A stretch of 64,000 nucleotides of DNA. Source: an uncultured Gammaproteobacteria bacterium (GTDB taxonomy: Bacteria; Patescibacteriota; Patescibacteriia; Magasanikbacterales; GWA2-37-8). The stretch covers positions 20,677-84,676 of the forward strand of contig CAYZGX010000002.1 of assembly GCA_964478235.1 (NCBI GenBank), in the 5' to 3' direction. The translations under genes were made by a program, and so were the position numbers. This document shows positions 1-10,365 of this stretch, piece by piece; position 1 is the first letter of the stretch, and every line of letters starts with the position of its first letter. The notes under the pieces were generated by a model. That model did no database searches. It worked only from the letters and a program-made list of their open reading frames with translations, and had not been told where the DNA came from.

Positions 1-1236
1 GGCTGGCTCAACAACAAGCGCTCGTCTGGCCCGATTGCCTTTTTAGAAGTGCGCGACGGCGCCGGCTTTATTCAGGCTGTCGTCAACAAAAATGACGTCT
101 CGGCCGAAGCCTGGACAGCGGTGGAAACAATCTCTCAAGAGTCGTCTTTGAGTGTTACCGGCACCGTCTCCAAACACCCTAAAAAAGACAATGTTTTTGA
201 GTTACAAGTCAAAGATCTAACCATTATTCAATTGTCGGTTGGTTATCCAATTGCCAAAAAAGAACACGGTCCAGATTTTTTGATGGACAACCGTCATCTG
301 TGGCTTCGCAGTAAAAATCAGTGGGCAATTTTGCGCGTCCGTGATGCGATTATTACCGCTATTAACGAATATTTACATCAAGAAAATTTTATCAGAGTAG
401 ATTCCCCAATTTTTACACCGAATGCGTGCGAAGGAACGACGACTTTGTTCCAAGTCCCATATTTTGACGAAGGTTCAGCCTACTTATCGCAATCCGGTCA
501 GCTCTATATCGAAGCAGCTATCGCTTCAGTTGGTCGTTGCTATGACTTCGGCCCGGTTTTCCGCGCTGAAAAAAGCAAAACCAAGCGCCACCTCACGGAG
601 TTTTGGATGATGGATGCTGAAGCAGCGTTTGTCGAACATGATCAAAACTTGGCGATTCAAGAAGGTTTAGTTCGTCATATTATCCGCTATTGTTTGGCGC
701 ACTGTCAGGCCGAACTTGCGCTTCTCGAGCGTGATGTGGAAAAGCTCAAAAAAGCTGACGCGCCATTTACCCGCTACACCTATGATCAAGCGATTGTAAA
801 ATTGCATGAGCTTGGTTCAGATATTAAACACGGTGAAGATTTGGGCAACGACGACGAAGGTCTCCTCACCAAAGATAGTGAGGTGCCAGTGTTTATTGAA
901 AAATGGCCGAAAGAAATTAAGCCGTTCTACATGAAGCTCGACCCAACTGACCCGCGTCGCGCCCTTAACGACGACTTGATTGCCACCGAAGGCGCTGGTG
1001 AATTAATTGGCGGATCTCAGCGTGAAGAAAATGTTGATATTCTCATTGAACGTATTAAACACGAAGGTTTAAACCAAGCCGACTACGAATGGTATTTGGA
1101 TTTGCGTCGTTTTGGCGCCGTGCCGCATTCTGGTTTTGGTATTGGTTTAGAGCGCGCTGTTCGCTGGATCACCGGTGTAGAGCATATCCGCGAGTGTATT
1201 CCGTTCCCACGCACCATTAGTCGTTTGAAGCCGTAA
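1..1236 (+). CDS. asnS: Asparaginyl-tRNA synthetase (class IIb), 5' end truncated by the window edge
   Basis: The reading frame is open from base 1. The class II motifs [21 protein letters not shown] and GGSQRE...GLERAV are present, and the length is typical for AsnRS. Confidence 0.85.
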   Translation, partial: GWLNNKRSSGPIAFLEVRDGAGFIQAVVNKNDVSAEAWTAVETISQESSLSVTGTVSKHPKKDNVFELQVKDLTIIQLSVGYPIAKKEHGPDFLMDNRHLWLRSKNQWAILRVRDAIITAINEYLHQENFIRVDSPIFTPNACEGTTTLFQVPYFDEGSAYLSQSGQLYIEAAIASVGRCYDFGPVFRAEKSKTKRHLTEFWMMDAEAAFVEHDQNLAIQEGLVRHIIRYCLAHCQAELALLERDVEKLKKADAPFTRYTYDQAIVKLHELGSDIKHGEDLGNDDEGLLTKDSEVPVFIEKWPKEIKPFYMKLDPTDPRRALNDDLIATEGAGELIGGSQREENVDILIERIKHEGLNQADYEWYLDLRRFGAVPHSGFGIGLERAVRWITGVEHIRECIPFPRTISRLKP

Positions 1237-1248
1237 ACTTAGAATATA

Positions 1249-1350
1249 AAAAACCGTCTGGTGTCGGGGTCTCACTGTGAGGCGGACGTACAGTCGCAAG
1301 GCTACTTTCGGGTAGAGCATGGGACGCACCAGTCGGTTTTTTTACTTTAT
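1249..1350 (+). terminator. Long compound hairpin structure ending in a U-run downstream of asnS, either an intrinsic terminator or a small structured RNA
   Basis: An outer stem ccgtctggtg/caccagtcgg encloses two inner hairpins (ggtctcac..gtgaggc and gctac..gtag) and is followed by ttttttt. Confidence 0.4.
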
Positions 1351-1414
1351 TTTTTCTTTATCTACGGCGTGCTAGGGTGATAGTTGACTAAGTCACTTAT
1401 TACCTTTAGAGTAT

Positions 1415-1747
1415 ATGAACGAAGAAAAAATGATTACCTTGGTTATGGAAACCAAAGAGCGGGTAGACCGCTTAGAACACAATGGATTTACTCCAGCCGA
1501 CCGCGAACAATTAACGCGGTTATTTACGATTGTTGAGGCCTTGGTGGTCGCTACGGCGCATATAAAAGAAGAGATTTTGCAAATCAATTATCACCTGCGT
1601 CGCATAGAAGATAAGTTTGACGCTAAGTTTGATATGCTCCAAGCAGAATTTGCTGAAATGAAAGTAGATGTTACTGTTATTAAGGAGGATGTGAGCATGC
1701 TCAAAGACGATATGGTCAAAGTCAAAACTAAGCTGGTCATTGCGTAA
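1415..1747 (+). CDS. Hypothetical small coiled-coil protein
   Basis: A 110-aa ORF with a charged heptad-like sequence (EDKFDAKFDMLQAEFAEMKVD). It is immediately followed by rsmF, 3 bp away. Confidence 0.5.
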   Translation: MNEEKMITLVMETKERVDRLEHNGFTPADREQLTRLFTIVEALVVATAHIKEEILQINYHLRRIEDKFDAKFDMLQAEFAEMKVDVTVIKEDVSMLKDDMVKVKTKLVIA

Positions 1748-1749
1748 TC

Positions 1750-2700
1750 ATGAAAAAACCCTCCCTCCCACAACCATTTCTAGATAGATTGGCCGAGATT
1801 TTCGGTCAATCTTTTATTGCAACACTAGAAAAAACTTTTGTGGAGCGACCGACCACTTTTCGGGTGAATACCCTTAAAGCCAAAAAAGAAGAGGTACTTG
1901 AAGTGCTTCAGCAAGAAGGCTTCAAAGTTCGTCGAGTGGCGTGGTACGGCGATGCTTTTATTTTGGAAAATAGAAAGTTAAGCGAGTTACAAAAATTACC
2001 ACTCTACCAAGAAGGAAAAATCTATGTCCAAAGCTTGGCGAGCATGGTTCCGCCAGTCGTCTTGGCCCCGGCTCCGGGGGATAGAGTGCTTGATCTCACC
2101 GCCGCGCCAGGTAGCAAGACCAGCCAGATGGCCGCTATGATGAAAAACCAAGGCGAGCTTGTGGCTAACGATAATAACGAGATTCGCATCTCACGCCTGA
2201 AGCACAACCTCAAGTTGTTGGGTGTAAGCGATGCTATTGCCTCGGTTATTGAAGCTGATGGCTGGAAGTTAATTGAAAAATACAAAGGTTATTTTGATAA
2301 AGTACTTTTGGATGCGCCGTGCACTGCCGAAGCTCGGTTTATCGCCGGATCACCGCGTACTTTTAGTTTTTGGAATGAAAAAAATATCAAAGAGCATGCC
2401 TTTATTCAGAAAAAATTATTGTTTGCTGGTTGGGAGATGCTCAAACCAGGTGGGGTGATGGTCTATTCCACCTGCACCTTCGCACCCGAAGAAAACGAGC
2501 GACAAATCTCTCGGTTTCTCGCTGAAGCCCCTCAAGCCAAATTAGAAAAAATTTCCCTTAACCAATTACCGCCTGGAAAATTAGTGGCCGAATGGCTCGG
2601 AGAAAAAATAGATAAACGAACGAAAGAAACGCTTCGTCTCACCCCGACCAAAGATATCGAAGGCTTCTATATCGCCAAAATTACAAAACAGCCCGCCTAG
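1750..2700 (+). CDS. 16S rRNA m5C methyltransferase, RsmB/RsmF (NOL1/NOP2/Sun) family
   Basis: SAM-binding motif LDLTAAPGSKT. Catalytic motifs DAPCT and YSTCT, the latter with the TC dipeptide. Confidence 0.8.
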   Translation: MKKPSLPQPFLDRLAEIFGQSFIATLEKTFVERPTTFRVNTLKAKKEEVLEVLQQEGFKVRRVAWYGDAFILENRKLSELQKLPLYQEGKIYVQSLASMVPPVVLAPAPGDRVLDLTAAPGSKTSQMAAMMKNQGELVANDNNEIRISRLKHNLKLLGVSDAIASVIEADGWKLIEKYKGYFDKVLLDAPCTAEARFIAGSPRTFSFWNEKNIKEHAFIQKKLLFAGWEMLKPGGVMVYSTCTFAPEENERQISRFLAEAPQAKLEKISLNQLPPGKLVAEWLGEKIDKRTKETLRLTPTKDIEGFYIAKITKQPA

Positions 2701-2718
2701 ATAAGCGAGCTGTTTTTG

Positions 2719-3684
2719 TTATGGGGTGAGAGTGATGATGGCGACTTCTGGTGGGGTAAAGAGGCGGAGTGAGCCGAGTGATTCACCGCTTCCAACAGTG
2801 GTGAAAATAGGAATGTTATTCCAATAATTTAGCCCGCGATAGTATTTTTTGCCTAAATCAACCCCAGCGTTTCCAAGCGGGCCAAAGAAGGGGAGGTAGA
2901 CCTGTCCACCATGAGTGTGGCCAGCTAAAAAGAGGTCTGGTTTTTTGATCGTTGTTGGCCACGAAAGGATAGCATCTGGGTTGTGGCTCAAGAGAATAAG
3001 TGGTTGGGCAGTGTCCCAGGCCGATAGACGGAAATAGTCAGCCTGACTACCCCAAATATCGTCAGTGCCAAAGATGCAGAGTGTCTGGTTGTTAAATGTT
3101 GGGCAGATAAGCTCATTGCGCAACAGTGGAACGCCAATAGCTTGCATGCGAGCCATGACGAGTTCGTGCTTGTCGCCGTTAATGGAATTGAAGGTGAGAC
3201 CTGGTTTGGTGGCGACTCCATAATCATGGTTGCCGAGCACATAATACACAGGAATAACGCCAACCAATTTTTTGAGCGGTTCTAAATAAACGCTTTCATC
3301 TTCGGTTGTGCCTTCATTGGCGACTAGATCGCCAGCAATCAGGATAATATCTGGTTTTTCGTCTAATGCTTTAGCGACAACTCTTTCCATCCACTCAGTT
3401 CGTTTGTGCATGCCAACCTGCATATCGGCAATCAGGCCAACACGAATGGGGGAGGAGACTGGAAACGAAACAGAAGCGCGGGTGGTAACTAGGCGATAGG
3501 GTTCGATCAGGTGGGCGTAGAGGGCGAGGATAATGCCAAGAGCGAGAATACTCGTTATGCTGGCGGTAAAAATAGGATGACGATGGAGAAAAGTTTCTGG
3601 ACGGCGACTGTCGCGAATGAAAAGAAAGATGAGAAGTAGGGCCACCAAACAATATCCGTAGATACTTACGGCAATAAAAAGCAT
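2719..3684 (-). CDS. Membrane-anchored calcineurin-like metallophosphoesterase
   Basis: N-terminal TM helices. Metal-binding motifs GDLV...GNHDYG and GHTHGGQ. Confidence 0.8.
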   Translation of the reverse strand: MLFIAVSIYGYCLVALLLIFLFIRDSRRPETFLHRHPIFTASITSILALGIILALYAHLIEPYRLVTTRASVSFPVSSPIRVGLIADMQVGMHKRTEWMERVVAKALDEKPDIILIAGDLVANEGTTEDESVYLEPLKKLVGVIPVYYVLGNHDYGVATKPGLTFNSINGDKHELVMARMQAIGVPLLRNELICPTFNNQTLCIFGTDDIWGSQADYFRLSAWDTAQPLILLSHNPDAILSWPTTIKKPDLFLAGHTHGGQVYLPFFGPLGNAGVDLGKKYYRGLNYWNNIPIFTTVGSGESLGSLRLFTPPEVAIITLTP

Positions 3685-3687
3685 AGA

Positions 3688-3915
3688 TCAAGCAATGAAA
3701 GTAAAGCGGGGTAGTGTTTTTCCGTCAACCGTTACCGTTTCGAGAAAAGAAGCGACCGGACGCACCCAAACTGCATCAGCTCCAAAATCGGGGGAGGTGT
3801 AGAGGGCCTTGTAGATCACCACTTCTTCGAGGGTGGCTTCAAGACGGCCCACAGCGATAACTTCGTAAAGATTGCCTTTGTAATGTTGGTATTTTCCGAG
3901 TTTGATAGTATCCAT
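3688..3915 (-). CDS. DUF1653-like small protein (true start is the internal Met)
   Basis: MDTIKLGKYQHYKGNLYEVIAVGRLEATLEEVVIYKALY matches the DUF1653 pattern. The longer ORF (to 4098) runs through the tRNA-Leu gene, so the ATG at 3915 is the likely start. Confidence 0.6.
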   Translation of the reverse strand: MDTIKLGKYQHYKGNLYEVIAVGRLEATLEEVVIYKALYTSPDFGADAVWVRPVASFLETVTVDGKTLPRFTFIA

Positions 3916-3981
3916 AGTAGAGCAAGTGTAACAAAAAGAGGGGTGGGTGTATAGGGTTCGATTCTCCTCTTTTGAATATAT

Positions 3982-4017
3982 ACAACAGGACACCCCTCTA
4001 AAGGAGTGTCCTGTTGT
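3982..4017 (-). terminator. Hairpin terminator downstream of tRNA-Leu
   Basis: Perfect stem caacaggacac/gtgtcctgttg with an AU-rich tail on the minus strand. Confidence 0.5.
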
Positions 4018-4022
4018 ATATG

Positions 4023-4104
4023 TGCCCAGAGAGAGAATCGAACTCTCATGACCGAAGTCGCGGGATTTTGAGTCCCGTGCGTCTACCAATTCCGCCATCT
4101 GGGC
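4023..4104 (-). tRNA. tRNA-Leu (anticodon CAA), type II with a long variable arm
   Basis: Manual fold: acceptor GCCCAGA/TCTGGGC, D-arm GCGGAATTGGTAGACGC, anticodon loop CTCAAAA, long variable arm, T-arm GAGAGTTCGATTCTCTC. CCA is not encoded. Confidence 0.85.
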
Positions 4105-4193
4105 AGGTTTTTAGTACCCTCATCTTACCCTAATCTTGGTTGTTTGTCAATTCTATGCTATCATAGAGATGTGTAAAATGATTAAGCCCTAGT

Positions 4194-4991
4194 ATGTCGG
4201 TGATTATTTCTGTTGTTAACCAAAAAGGTGGGGTGGGAAAGACGACAACGGCAGTCAATTTAGCCGCTGGTTTAGCGGAAGCTGGTAAGTTTGTCCTTCT
4301 CGTTGATCTGGATCCCCAAGGGAATGCTACGTCTGGTTTGGGGCTCAAATATCAAGAAATGGAGAAGGGGCTGTACCACGCCCTCATGTCACAACATAGG
4401 ATTCACGATGTCACCTATAACACCGGCCATGCCGGGCTACGCATTGTACCTTCATCGCCAGATTTAGCCGGGGCTAATGTTGAGCTTGTGAGTGTGGAAG
4501 GGCGCGAAAGTAAGCTATCTGACATTTTGAGCGAAGTACGCCACGCCTACGACTATATTATCATTGATTCGCCACCGTCGCTTGGTCTTTTGACCCTGAA
4601 CGGTTTGGTCGCCGCTGACAAAATTATGATTCCGGTGCAGGCCGAATACTACGCGCTCGAAGGGCTCGGACAATTGCTCAAAACAATTGAACTGGTGCGC
4701 GACAATATTAAGCCAGAAATTGAAGTTATGGGGGCAGTGGTCACCATGTACGATAGTCGCAACCGATTGTCTGAAGAAGTTATGCAAGAATTGGTGAAAT
4801 ATTTCCCAAATACTATTTTTGGATCGGTGATTCCACGCACCGTGCGCCTCGCTGAAGCTCCAAGTTTTGGAAAAAGTATTTTTCACTATGAGCCGGGTGG
4901 CAAAGCTGCTAAATCCTATGAGCGATTAGCCCAAGAGGTGATGGCGATGTTTGAAAAGCCAGCAACACCTGAAAACGAACAACAATCATAA
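4194..4991 (+). CDS. parA: Chromosome partitioning ATPase ParA/Soj
   Basis: Deviant Walker A motif KGGVGKTT and conserved ParA length. Confidence 0.9.
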   Translation: MSVIISVVNQKGGVGKTTTAVNLAAGLAEAGKFVLLVDLDPQGNATSGLGLKYQEMEKGLYHALMSQHRIHDVTYNTGHAGLRIVPSSPDLAGANVELVSVEGRESKLSDILSEVRHAYDYIIIDSPPSLGLLTLNGLVAADKIMIPVQAEYYALEGLGQLLKTIELVRDNIKPEIEVMGAVVTMYDSRNRLSEEVMQELVKYFPNTIFGSVIPRTVRLAEAPSFGKSIFHYEPGGKAAKSYERLAQEVMAMFEKPATPENEQQS

Positions 4992-5011
4992 TTTTTTATA
5001 CCACCAAGGAT

Positions 5012-5866
5012 ATGTCCATTGGACGAGGGCTTGGAGCCTTAATTACCACAACCAACAGTGCTAAAAAGCCAGCTATTCAGTCGCGCGGGCTCGAAAGCTC
5101 CGATCGTGTCTGGCACGTGCCAGTGTCGGAGATTAAACCTGACAGCGACCAACCTCGTCGTCATTTTAAACCAGAAGAATTGCAAGAATTGTCTGACTCT
5201 ATCAAAGAGCATGGTATTTTGCAGCCGTTATTGGTGAGCGAACTGCCTGATGGTGGCTACCAGCTGATTGCTGGGGAGCGTCGCTGGCGTGCAGCTCAGA
5301 TGGCGCATATTGCCACCGTACCAGTGATTGTTAAAAAGCTGGCCGACGAACAGCGTCTCGAGGTCGCCTTGATTGAAAACATTCAGCGCCAAGACTTAAA
5401 TGCTCTTGAAGAAGGTTTTGCTTATAAGCGTCTCATTGAGGAATTTGGTTTGACGCAAGAACAAGTAGCTGACAAGGTGGGCAAAAGTCGTCCCGCTATC
5501 GCCAACATGATTCGTCTACTCAATCTTCCTGAAGAAGTACAAAATGCCCTGGTCACCGGAAAGATTTCCACTGGCCAAGCCAGATCGCTTCTTACTTTGG
5601 ATGATAAAAAACAACAGCTCGACATGCTCGCTTCAATGCTTGGAGAAAAAATGACCGTCCGCGAGGTAGAGAAGCAAGTACAAAAAACAACCGCACCAAC
5701 CAAGCTAGCTCGACGCGATCCAAACATCTTGTATGTCGAAGAGCAGCTCCGCTCAGCGCTCGGCACCAAAGTCACGGTGAATGGCAAAGACGACAAAGGT
5801 GCAGTGGTGATAAACTACTACTCCAAAGATGAGCTCAAAGAACTTATTAAAAAAATTACCGGTTAA
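5012..5866 (+). CDS. parB: Chromosome partitioning protein ParB/Spo0J
   Basis: ParB box GERRWRAA, an HTH region and a C-terminal dimerisation region. It is adjacent to parA. Confidence 0.9.
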   Translation: MSIGRGLGALITTTNSAKKPAIQSRGLESSDRVWHVPVSEIKPDSDQPRRHFKPEELQELSDSIKEHGILQPLLVSELPDGGYQLIAGERRWRAAQMAHIATVPVIVKKLADEQRLEVALIENIQRQDLNALEEGFAYKRLIEEFGLTQEQVADKVGKSRPAIANMIRLLNLPEEVQNALVTGKISTGQARSLLTLDDKKQQLDMLASMLGEKMTVREVEKQVQKTTAPTKLARRDPNILYVEEQLRSALGTKVTVNGKDDKGAVVINYYSKDELKELIKKITG

Positions 5867-5882
5867 ACACCGGTATTTTTTT
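5858..5882 (+). terminator. Intrinsic terminator after parB
   Basis: accggt-taaac-accggt hairpin followed by tttttttt. Confidence 0.6.
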
Positions 5883-7380
5883 TGCGTTTGTATGGGATAA
5901 GATGGTTGATCCACTCTTTGATAGAGTTGGATTTTATACTATCTTTAATATGCGTTTTGGCTAAGTGTGTTTTGACTGATTTAAGCCAGTCAGGACTTGG
6001 CATTTTGCGGTTTTTATCGACGATAATTTCTACGACGTCGCCACTTTTGAGCGGGGTGTCGAGCTGGGCTAAACGATCGTTCACCTTGGCACCAGCGCAT
6101 TTATTGCCGATTTCTGAGTGAATATGATAAGCAAAATCCACTGGGGTAGCATCTTCAGGAAGATCGATAACATCACCTTTGGGAGTAAAGGTAAAAATAC
6201 GGTTTTGGAAAAAGTCGACTTTCAAATCTTCTAAATCAGCGATATTCATCAAAATATCTTTTTGAATTTCAGCGAGCTCTTTGGCCCAGCCGACTTCTTT
6301 GGCAGGAAGTTTAATACCACTCTCATCATAATGCCAATGAGCCGCCACACCGAACTCAGCTTCGTAGTGCATTTCTTGGGTGCGAATTTGAAACTCTACC
6401 GTTTTACCGTCATTACAAAAAACGGTGGTATGAAGTGATTTGTAGCCGTTTGGTTTTGGTTGAGAAGTGTAATCTTTGATGCGACCCTTTAGTGGCTTCC
6501 AGAGTTTGTGCACAATGCCAAGCGCAGCATAGCAATCGGCAATATCTGGCACGATAACGCGCAGAGCGATAACATCATAAATTTTACTTGTCTCCCAATG
6601 TTTCTTAAGTAATTTTTGATAAAAACTATACAATTGTTTTTTACGACCATGAATATCCAAATAGTGGATGCCGGCATCCTTTAATTCTTTTTTAATAACA
6701 TCAAGAATAGATTCAATATAGCCTTCGCCGTCGTGAATCAGCTGGTCACGCAGGGCAACGGTGCGAGTGTAATCTTCGGGATAGACATAGGGGAAAGCTA
6801 AGTCTTCAAGCATACCTTTGAACTCGCCCATACCAAGACGGTGGGCGATAGGAGCATAGATTTCTAAACTCTCAAGAGCGACTCGACGACGTTTTTCTTC
6901 AGGAAGATATTCGAGTGTGCTCAAGTTGTGGATGCGGTCAGCAAATTTGATAATCATCACGCGGACATCTTCGGCCATCGCTACGAACATCTTGCGGAGG
7001 TTTTCAATATAGCGCTCGACGCCGCGGTATTTGAGTTTGCCGAGTTTGGTGACGCCTTCAATCATCGAGGCGATATCCGGGCCAAAATCTTTAGCGATTT
7101 CTTCAATCGTGAGCGAAGTATCTTCGGGAGCGTCGTGCAGAAGGGCAGCTGCGATAATAGAAGCATCCATGCGCATGGTAGCGAGGATGTAGGCAGCGCC
7201 CAGCGGGTGGATAAGGTAGGGCTCACCCGATTTGCGCACCTGTCCCTCATGTGCCTTTTTTGCCACTTCAAACGCCAAAATAACCATCTCAATTTCAGAT
7301 GGTCTCGTATAGCGCTTGATCAGCTCAATAATGTGATCAATGCTTAAATTGGCAGGGAAGTCGACTTTGTACGAAGGCAT
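5863..7380 (-). CDS. Bifunctional (p)ppGpp synthetase/hydrolase, RelA/SpoT family (505 aa from the internal start)
   Basis: HD hydrolase motif (LLHDAPEDT), a RelA_SpoT synthetase region and a TGS-like C-terminus. The start is placed at MPSYKV (7380), because the longer ORF would overlap topA. Confidence 0.85.
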   Translation of the reverse strand: MPSYKVDFPANLSIDHIIELIKRYTRPSEIEMVILAFEVAKKAHEGQVRKSGEPYLIHPLGAAYILATMRMDASIIAAALLHDAPEDTSLTIEEIAKDFGPDIASMIEGVTKLGKLKYRGVERYIENLRKMFVAMAEDVRVMIIKFADRIHNLSTLEYLPEEKRRRVALESLEIYAPIAHRLGMGEFKGMLEDLAFPYVYPEDYTRTVALRDQLIHDGEGYIESILDVIKKELKDAGIHYLDIHGRKKQLYSFYQKLLKKHWETSKIYDVIALRVIVPDIADCYAALGIVHKLWKPLKGRIKDYTSQPKPNGYKSLHTTVFCNDGKTVEFQIRTQEMHYEAEFGVAAHWHYDESGIKLPAKEVGWAKELAEIQKDILMNIADLEDLKVDFFQNRIFTFTPKGDVIDLPEDATPVDFAYHIHSEIGNKCAGAKVNDRLAQLDTPLKSGDVVEIIVDKNRKMPSPDWLKSVKTHLAKTHIKDSIKSNSIKEWINHLIPYKRKKNTGV

Positions 7381-7427
7381 ACTACAGGTTAGACAAGTCT
7401 GTGCTGTAGTATAGAAGCTGGCGCGGT

Positions 7428-9665
7428 TTATGGCAAGGTGGTCTCTACGGCCGCCTCTTTGGTGAAGGAGCACTCTTTGTTGCTACATTTGATAGCGCCT
7501 TTGGCAGCAAACACGAGCGGTTGTGAGCAGGTTGGGCAGGCTTCGCCGGTTGGTTTTTCCCAAACAGCAAAATCACACTCTGGATAACGGTTACAACCGT
7601 AGAAAATCTTGCGACGCTTACTGCGTTTTTCTACAATGTCACCTTCTTTACACTTTGGACATTTGAGATTGAGTTTAACATCAATACTCTTAATATTTTT
7701 ACAGGTTGGATAGTTGGAGCAACCAAGAAATGGCCCAAAGCGACCCATACGGTGCATCATCGGGGAACCGCATTTTTCACAGATTTGATCAGTTGGTTCG
7801 GCAGCAGCCATCGCTTTTTCTTCGGTGCCAAAAGGTTTGGTACTCTTACATTCTGGATAGCCAGTACAAGCCAAGAATTTTCCAAAGCGACCGACTTTAA
7901 CAATCATTGGTTTGCCGCATTTAGCACACACTTCATCAGTGGCTTCTTCGGTGAGTGCTTTTTTCTCGAGCTCGGCATCTTTTTTATCCAAGTTTTCTTT
8001 GAATGGGGTATAAAATTCTTTAATAACCGGTTGCCATTCACGTTCGCCGCGAGCGATTTCATCAAAATGCTCTTCCATTTCAGCGGTAAATTGAAAATCG
8101 ACGACATGGGGAAAATGTTCTACCAACAAATCGTTGACGGTGTAGGCGATTTCTTTAGGGAATAATTTTTTCTTGTCATCACGCTCAACATAACCACGGT
8201 CTTCGATGGTAGCAATAGTTGGGGCGTAGGTACTTGGGCGACCGATACCAAATTCTTCAAGCGATTTAACCAATGTCGCGTCAGAATAGCGAGCTGGTGG
8301 TTCGGTGAAGTGTTGTTCTGGTTTGAGCTCATCACAGGTAACTTTTTCGCCAACCGTTAATTTTGGCAAAAGATTTTCTTTGGTTTTGTCAGGATAGAGT
8401 TTTAGGAAACCTTCGAATAACACTGTTTGACCAGTGGCGTGGAAGCTGTATTTATTGGTGCTTTCAAGATCAATAGTTGCTGAATTAATATCAGCAGCAG
8501 CCATTTGAGTGGCGACAGCACGGTTCCAGATAAGGGTGTAAAGACGAAGCTGATTTTTGTCGAGGTGCGACGCTATATCGTCAGGGGTACGGCTTGCTTC
8601 GGTTGGGCGAATAGCTTCGTGAGCTTCTTGAGCACCTTTGCTTTTGTTTTTAAAAGTGCGCGGTTCTTTGATTTGGTATTTAGCACCAAACGATTTACCG
8701 ATTAATTCGTGCGCATCAGCGACAAATTTTTCTGACAAGTTTACAGCGTCAGTACGCATGTAGGTGATAAGACCGACTGAACCTTCGCCGGCCAATTCCA
8801 CACCTTCATAGAGTTGTTGCGCCAAGCGCATGGTTTGCTTGGCAGAAAAGCCGAGCTGATGGTTGGCGTCCTGTTGGAGACTGGAAGTAGTATAAGGAGC
8901 AAGCGGGTTACGCTTAGTTTGTTTTTCCTCAACCTCAGTAATAGTGTAGGTGGTATTTTTGAGATCTTTTACAATCGCATCAACTGTGGCCTGGTCTTTG
9001 AGATCAAGCTTTTCAACTTTCTTGCCTTTGATAAGGTTGAGCTTGGCTTCAAAATTTTCTTTGGCATCAAGCGGACGGAACAAGCCTTCGATAGACCAGT
9101 ATTCTTCTGGTTTGAAAGCGGTAATTTCTCGCTCACGTTCAACGACAAGACGGACAGCGACAGATTGTACGCGACCAGCTGACAACCCTTTGGCAATTTT
9201 GCGCCACAAGAAAGGGGAGAGGTTATAACCAACCAAGCGGTCAAGCACACGACGAGCTTGTTGCGCATCAACCAAACTTAGATCAAGCGCTCGAGGATGT
9301 TCAATCGCTTCAAGGAGAGCAGTCTTGGTAATTTCATGAAAAACAATACGCTTAGCCTTGGATGGGGCGATATCAAGCAAATTGGCTAAATGAAAAGAAA
9401 TAGCCTCACCTTCACGGTCGCCGTCAGTTGCAAATAGGATTTCGTCAGCTTTTTTGGCAGCGTCTTTGAGCTCTTTAATAACCTTGGTTTTGTCGCGGCT
9501 ATTAATATAGTGAGGGGTAAAATTGTTCTCAACGTCAACGCCGATCTTGCTTTTTGGAAGATCGCGGACATGACCAAAAGACGACTTGACCACGTAGTCC
9601 TTACCAAGGAATTTGGTGATAGTTTTGGCTTTGGTTGGGGATTCTACGATGACGAGAGTGCGCAT
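7428..9665 (-). CDS. topA: DNA topoisomerase I
   Basis: TOPRIM N-terminus (MRTLVIVESPTKAKTI), an active-site Tyr region and C-terminal Cys4 zinc ribbons (CAKCGKPM..., CEKCGSPM..., CPKC). Confidence 0.9.
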   Translation of the reverse strand: MRTLVIVESPTKAKTITKFLGKDYVVKSSFGHVRDLPKSKIGVDVENNFTPHYINSRDKTKVIKELKDAAKKADEILFATDGDREGEAISFHLANLLDIAPSKAKRIVFHEITKTALLEAIEHPRALDLSLVDAQQARRVLDRLVGYNLSPFLWRKIAKGLSAGRVQSVAVRLVVEREREITAFKPEEYWSIEGLFRPLDAKENFEAKLNLIKGKKVEKLDLKDQATVDAIVKDLKNTTYTITEVEEKQTKRNPLAPYTTSSLQQDANHQLGFSAKQTMRLAQQLYEGVELAGEGSVGLITYMRTDAVNLSEKFVADAHELIGKSFGAKYQIKEPRTFKNKSKGAQEAHEAIRPTEASRTPDDIASHLDKNQLRLYTLIWNRAVATQMAAADINSATIDLESTNKYSFHATGQTVLFEGFLKLYPDKTKENLLPKLTVGEKVTCDELKPEQHFTEPPARYSDATLVKSLEEFGIGRPSTYAPTIATIEDRGYVERDDKKKLFPKEIAYTVNDLLVEHFPHVVDFQFTAEMEEHFDEIARGEREWQPVIKEFYTPFKENLDKKDAELEKKALTEEATDEVCAKCGKPMIVKVGRFGKFLACTGYPECKSTKPFGTEEKAMAAAEPTDQICEKCGSPMMHRMGRFGPFLGCSNYPTCKNIKSIDVKLNLKCPKCKEGDIVEKRSKRRKIFYGCNRYPECDFAVWEKPTGEACPTCSQPLVFAAKGAIKCSNKECSFTKEAAVETTLP

Positions 9666-9761
9666 AGGTAAGCGTTATAATGCCCATAGAATACCGGTTT
9701 TTGCCCGTTTTGTCAATTTTTGCTACTATAAAGGCACGCTTTTAGCCTTATCCTTCTACCT

Positions 9762-10208
9762 ATGGAAACTGAAAACCAGCAACCTGATCTCACCCGCCGG
9801 ATTGATCCCGTACTCGATGCGGCCGATGACCGCCTAAAGAAAAATGCCGGTAAAGAAAAACCGCTTCCTCGACAAGAGCAGGCTGTAGTGATAGACAGTG
9901 GTTATAAGGCTGAAGTGCTAGCAAAAAATGAGGCAAAAATGATGCAAGCTGAAGCCTTAAAGAAAGCTCGTGAGGATCGTTTTAAAGATTCAAACTATGT
10001 GCAAGAGTTACGAGGTGTTTTTCAAGCTCTTCAGCGTGGTGAATTGACGACTGATATTGACCGTCAAAAATTAGATGATATTGAAGCTTTAATTGATTTT
10101 AGCAAAAATGTTAAAGAGACAATGGATAAGGGGCATACTATGGTTTTTGATATGCACACCTCGGACGTCGCTGCGCAAGTGCTGACTAAACCAAAAAAAG
10201 TATCGTGA
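9762..10208 (+). CDS. Hypothetical charged protein
   Basis: 148-aa ORF with a downstream terminator. No recognisable motifs. Confidence 0.45.
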   Translation: METENQQPDLTRRIDPVLDAADDRLKKNAGKEKPLPRQEQAVVIDSGYKAEVLAKNEAKMMQAEALKKAREDRFKDSNYVQELRGVFQALQRGELTTDIDRQKLDDIEALIDFSKNVKETMDKGHTMVFDMHTSDVAAQVLTKPKKVS

Positions 10209-10333
10209 CCTAGAGCCGGTGAGCCTCGTGGGAGCACTAGAGGGCGCCAAGATATTTCCCCAGTCAAACCACCAACTCCGCCTGAAAAGAAGAAAGGTTT
10301 TCTCGCTCGATTATTTGGTTAAGCATTTGTATA

Positions 10334-10365
10334 AAACCGGCAAACATACTTTGTCGGTTTTTTTA
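10334..10365 (+). terminator. Intrinsic terminator between convergent genes
   Basis: aaccggcaaa...tttgtcggtt hairpin followed by ttttttt. Confidence 0.6.

Noticed and set aside
3953-3969. tRNA-like fragment agggttcgattctcctc, sharing an 11-mer with the T-arm of the adjacent tRNA-Leu but in inverted orientation. Possible att remnant.
   Set aside because: It does not fold into a T-arm (only 3 bp of stem). The match is limited to the generic GGTTCGATTC T-loop consensus. No compositional island is associated. Kept only as a weak note.
3916-4098. 5' extension of the DUF1653 ORF giving a 136-aa protein.
   Set aside because: The extension runs straight through the tRNA-Leu gene and its terminator. 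The DUF1653 homology starts at the internal Met (3915).
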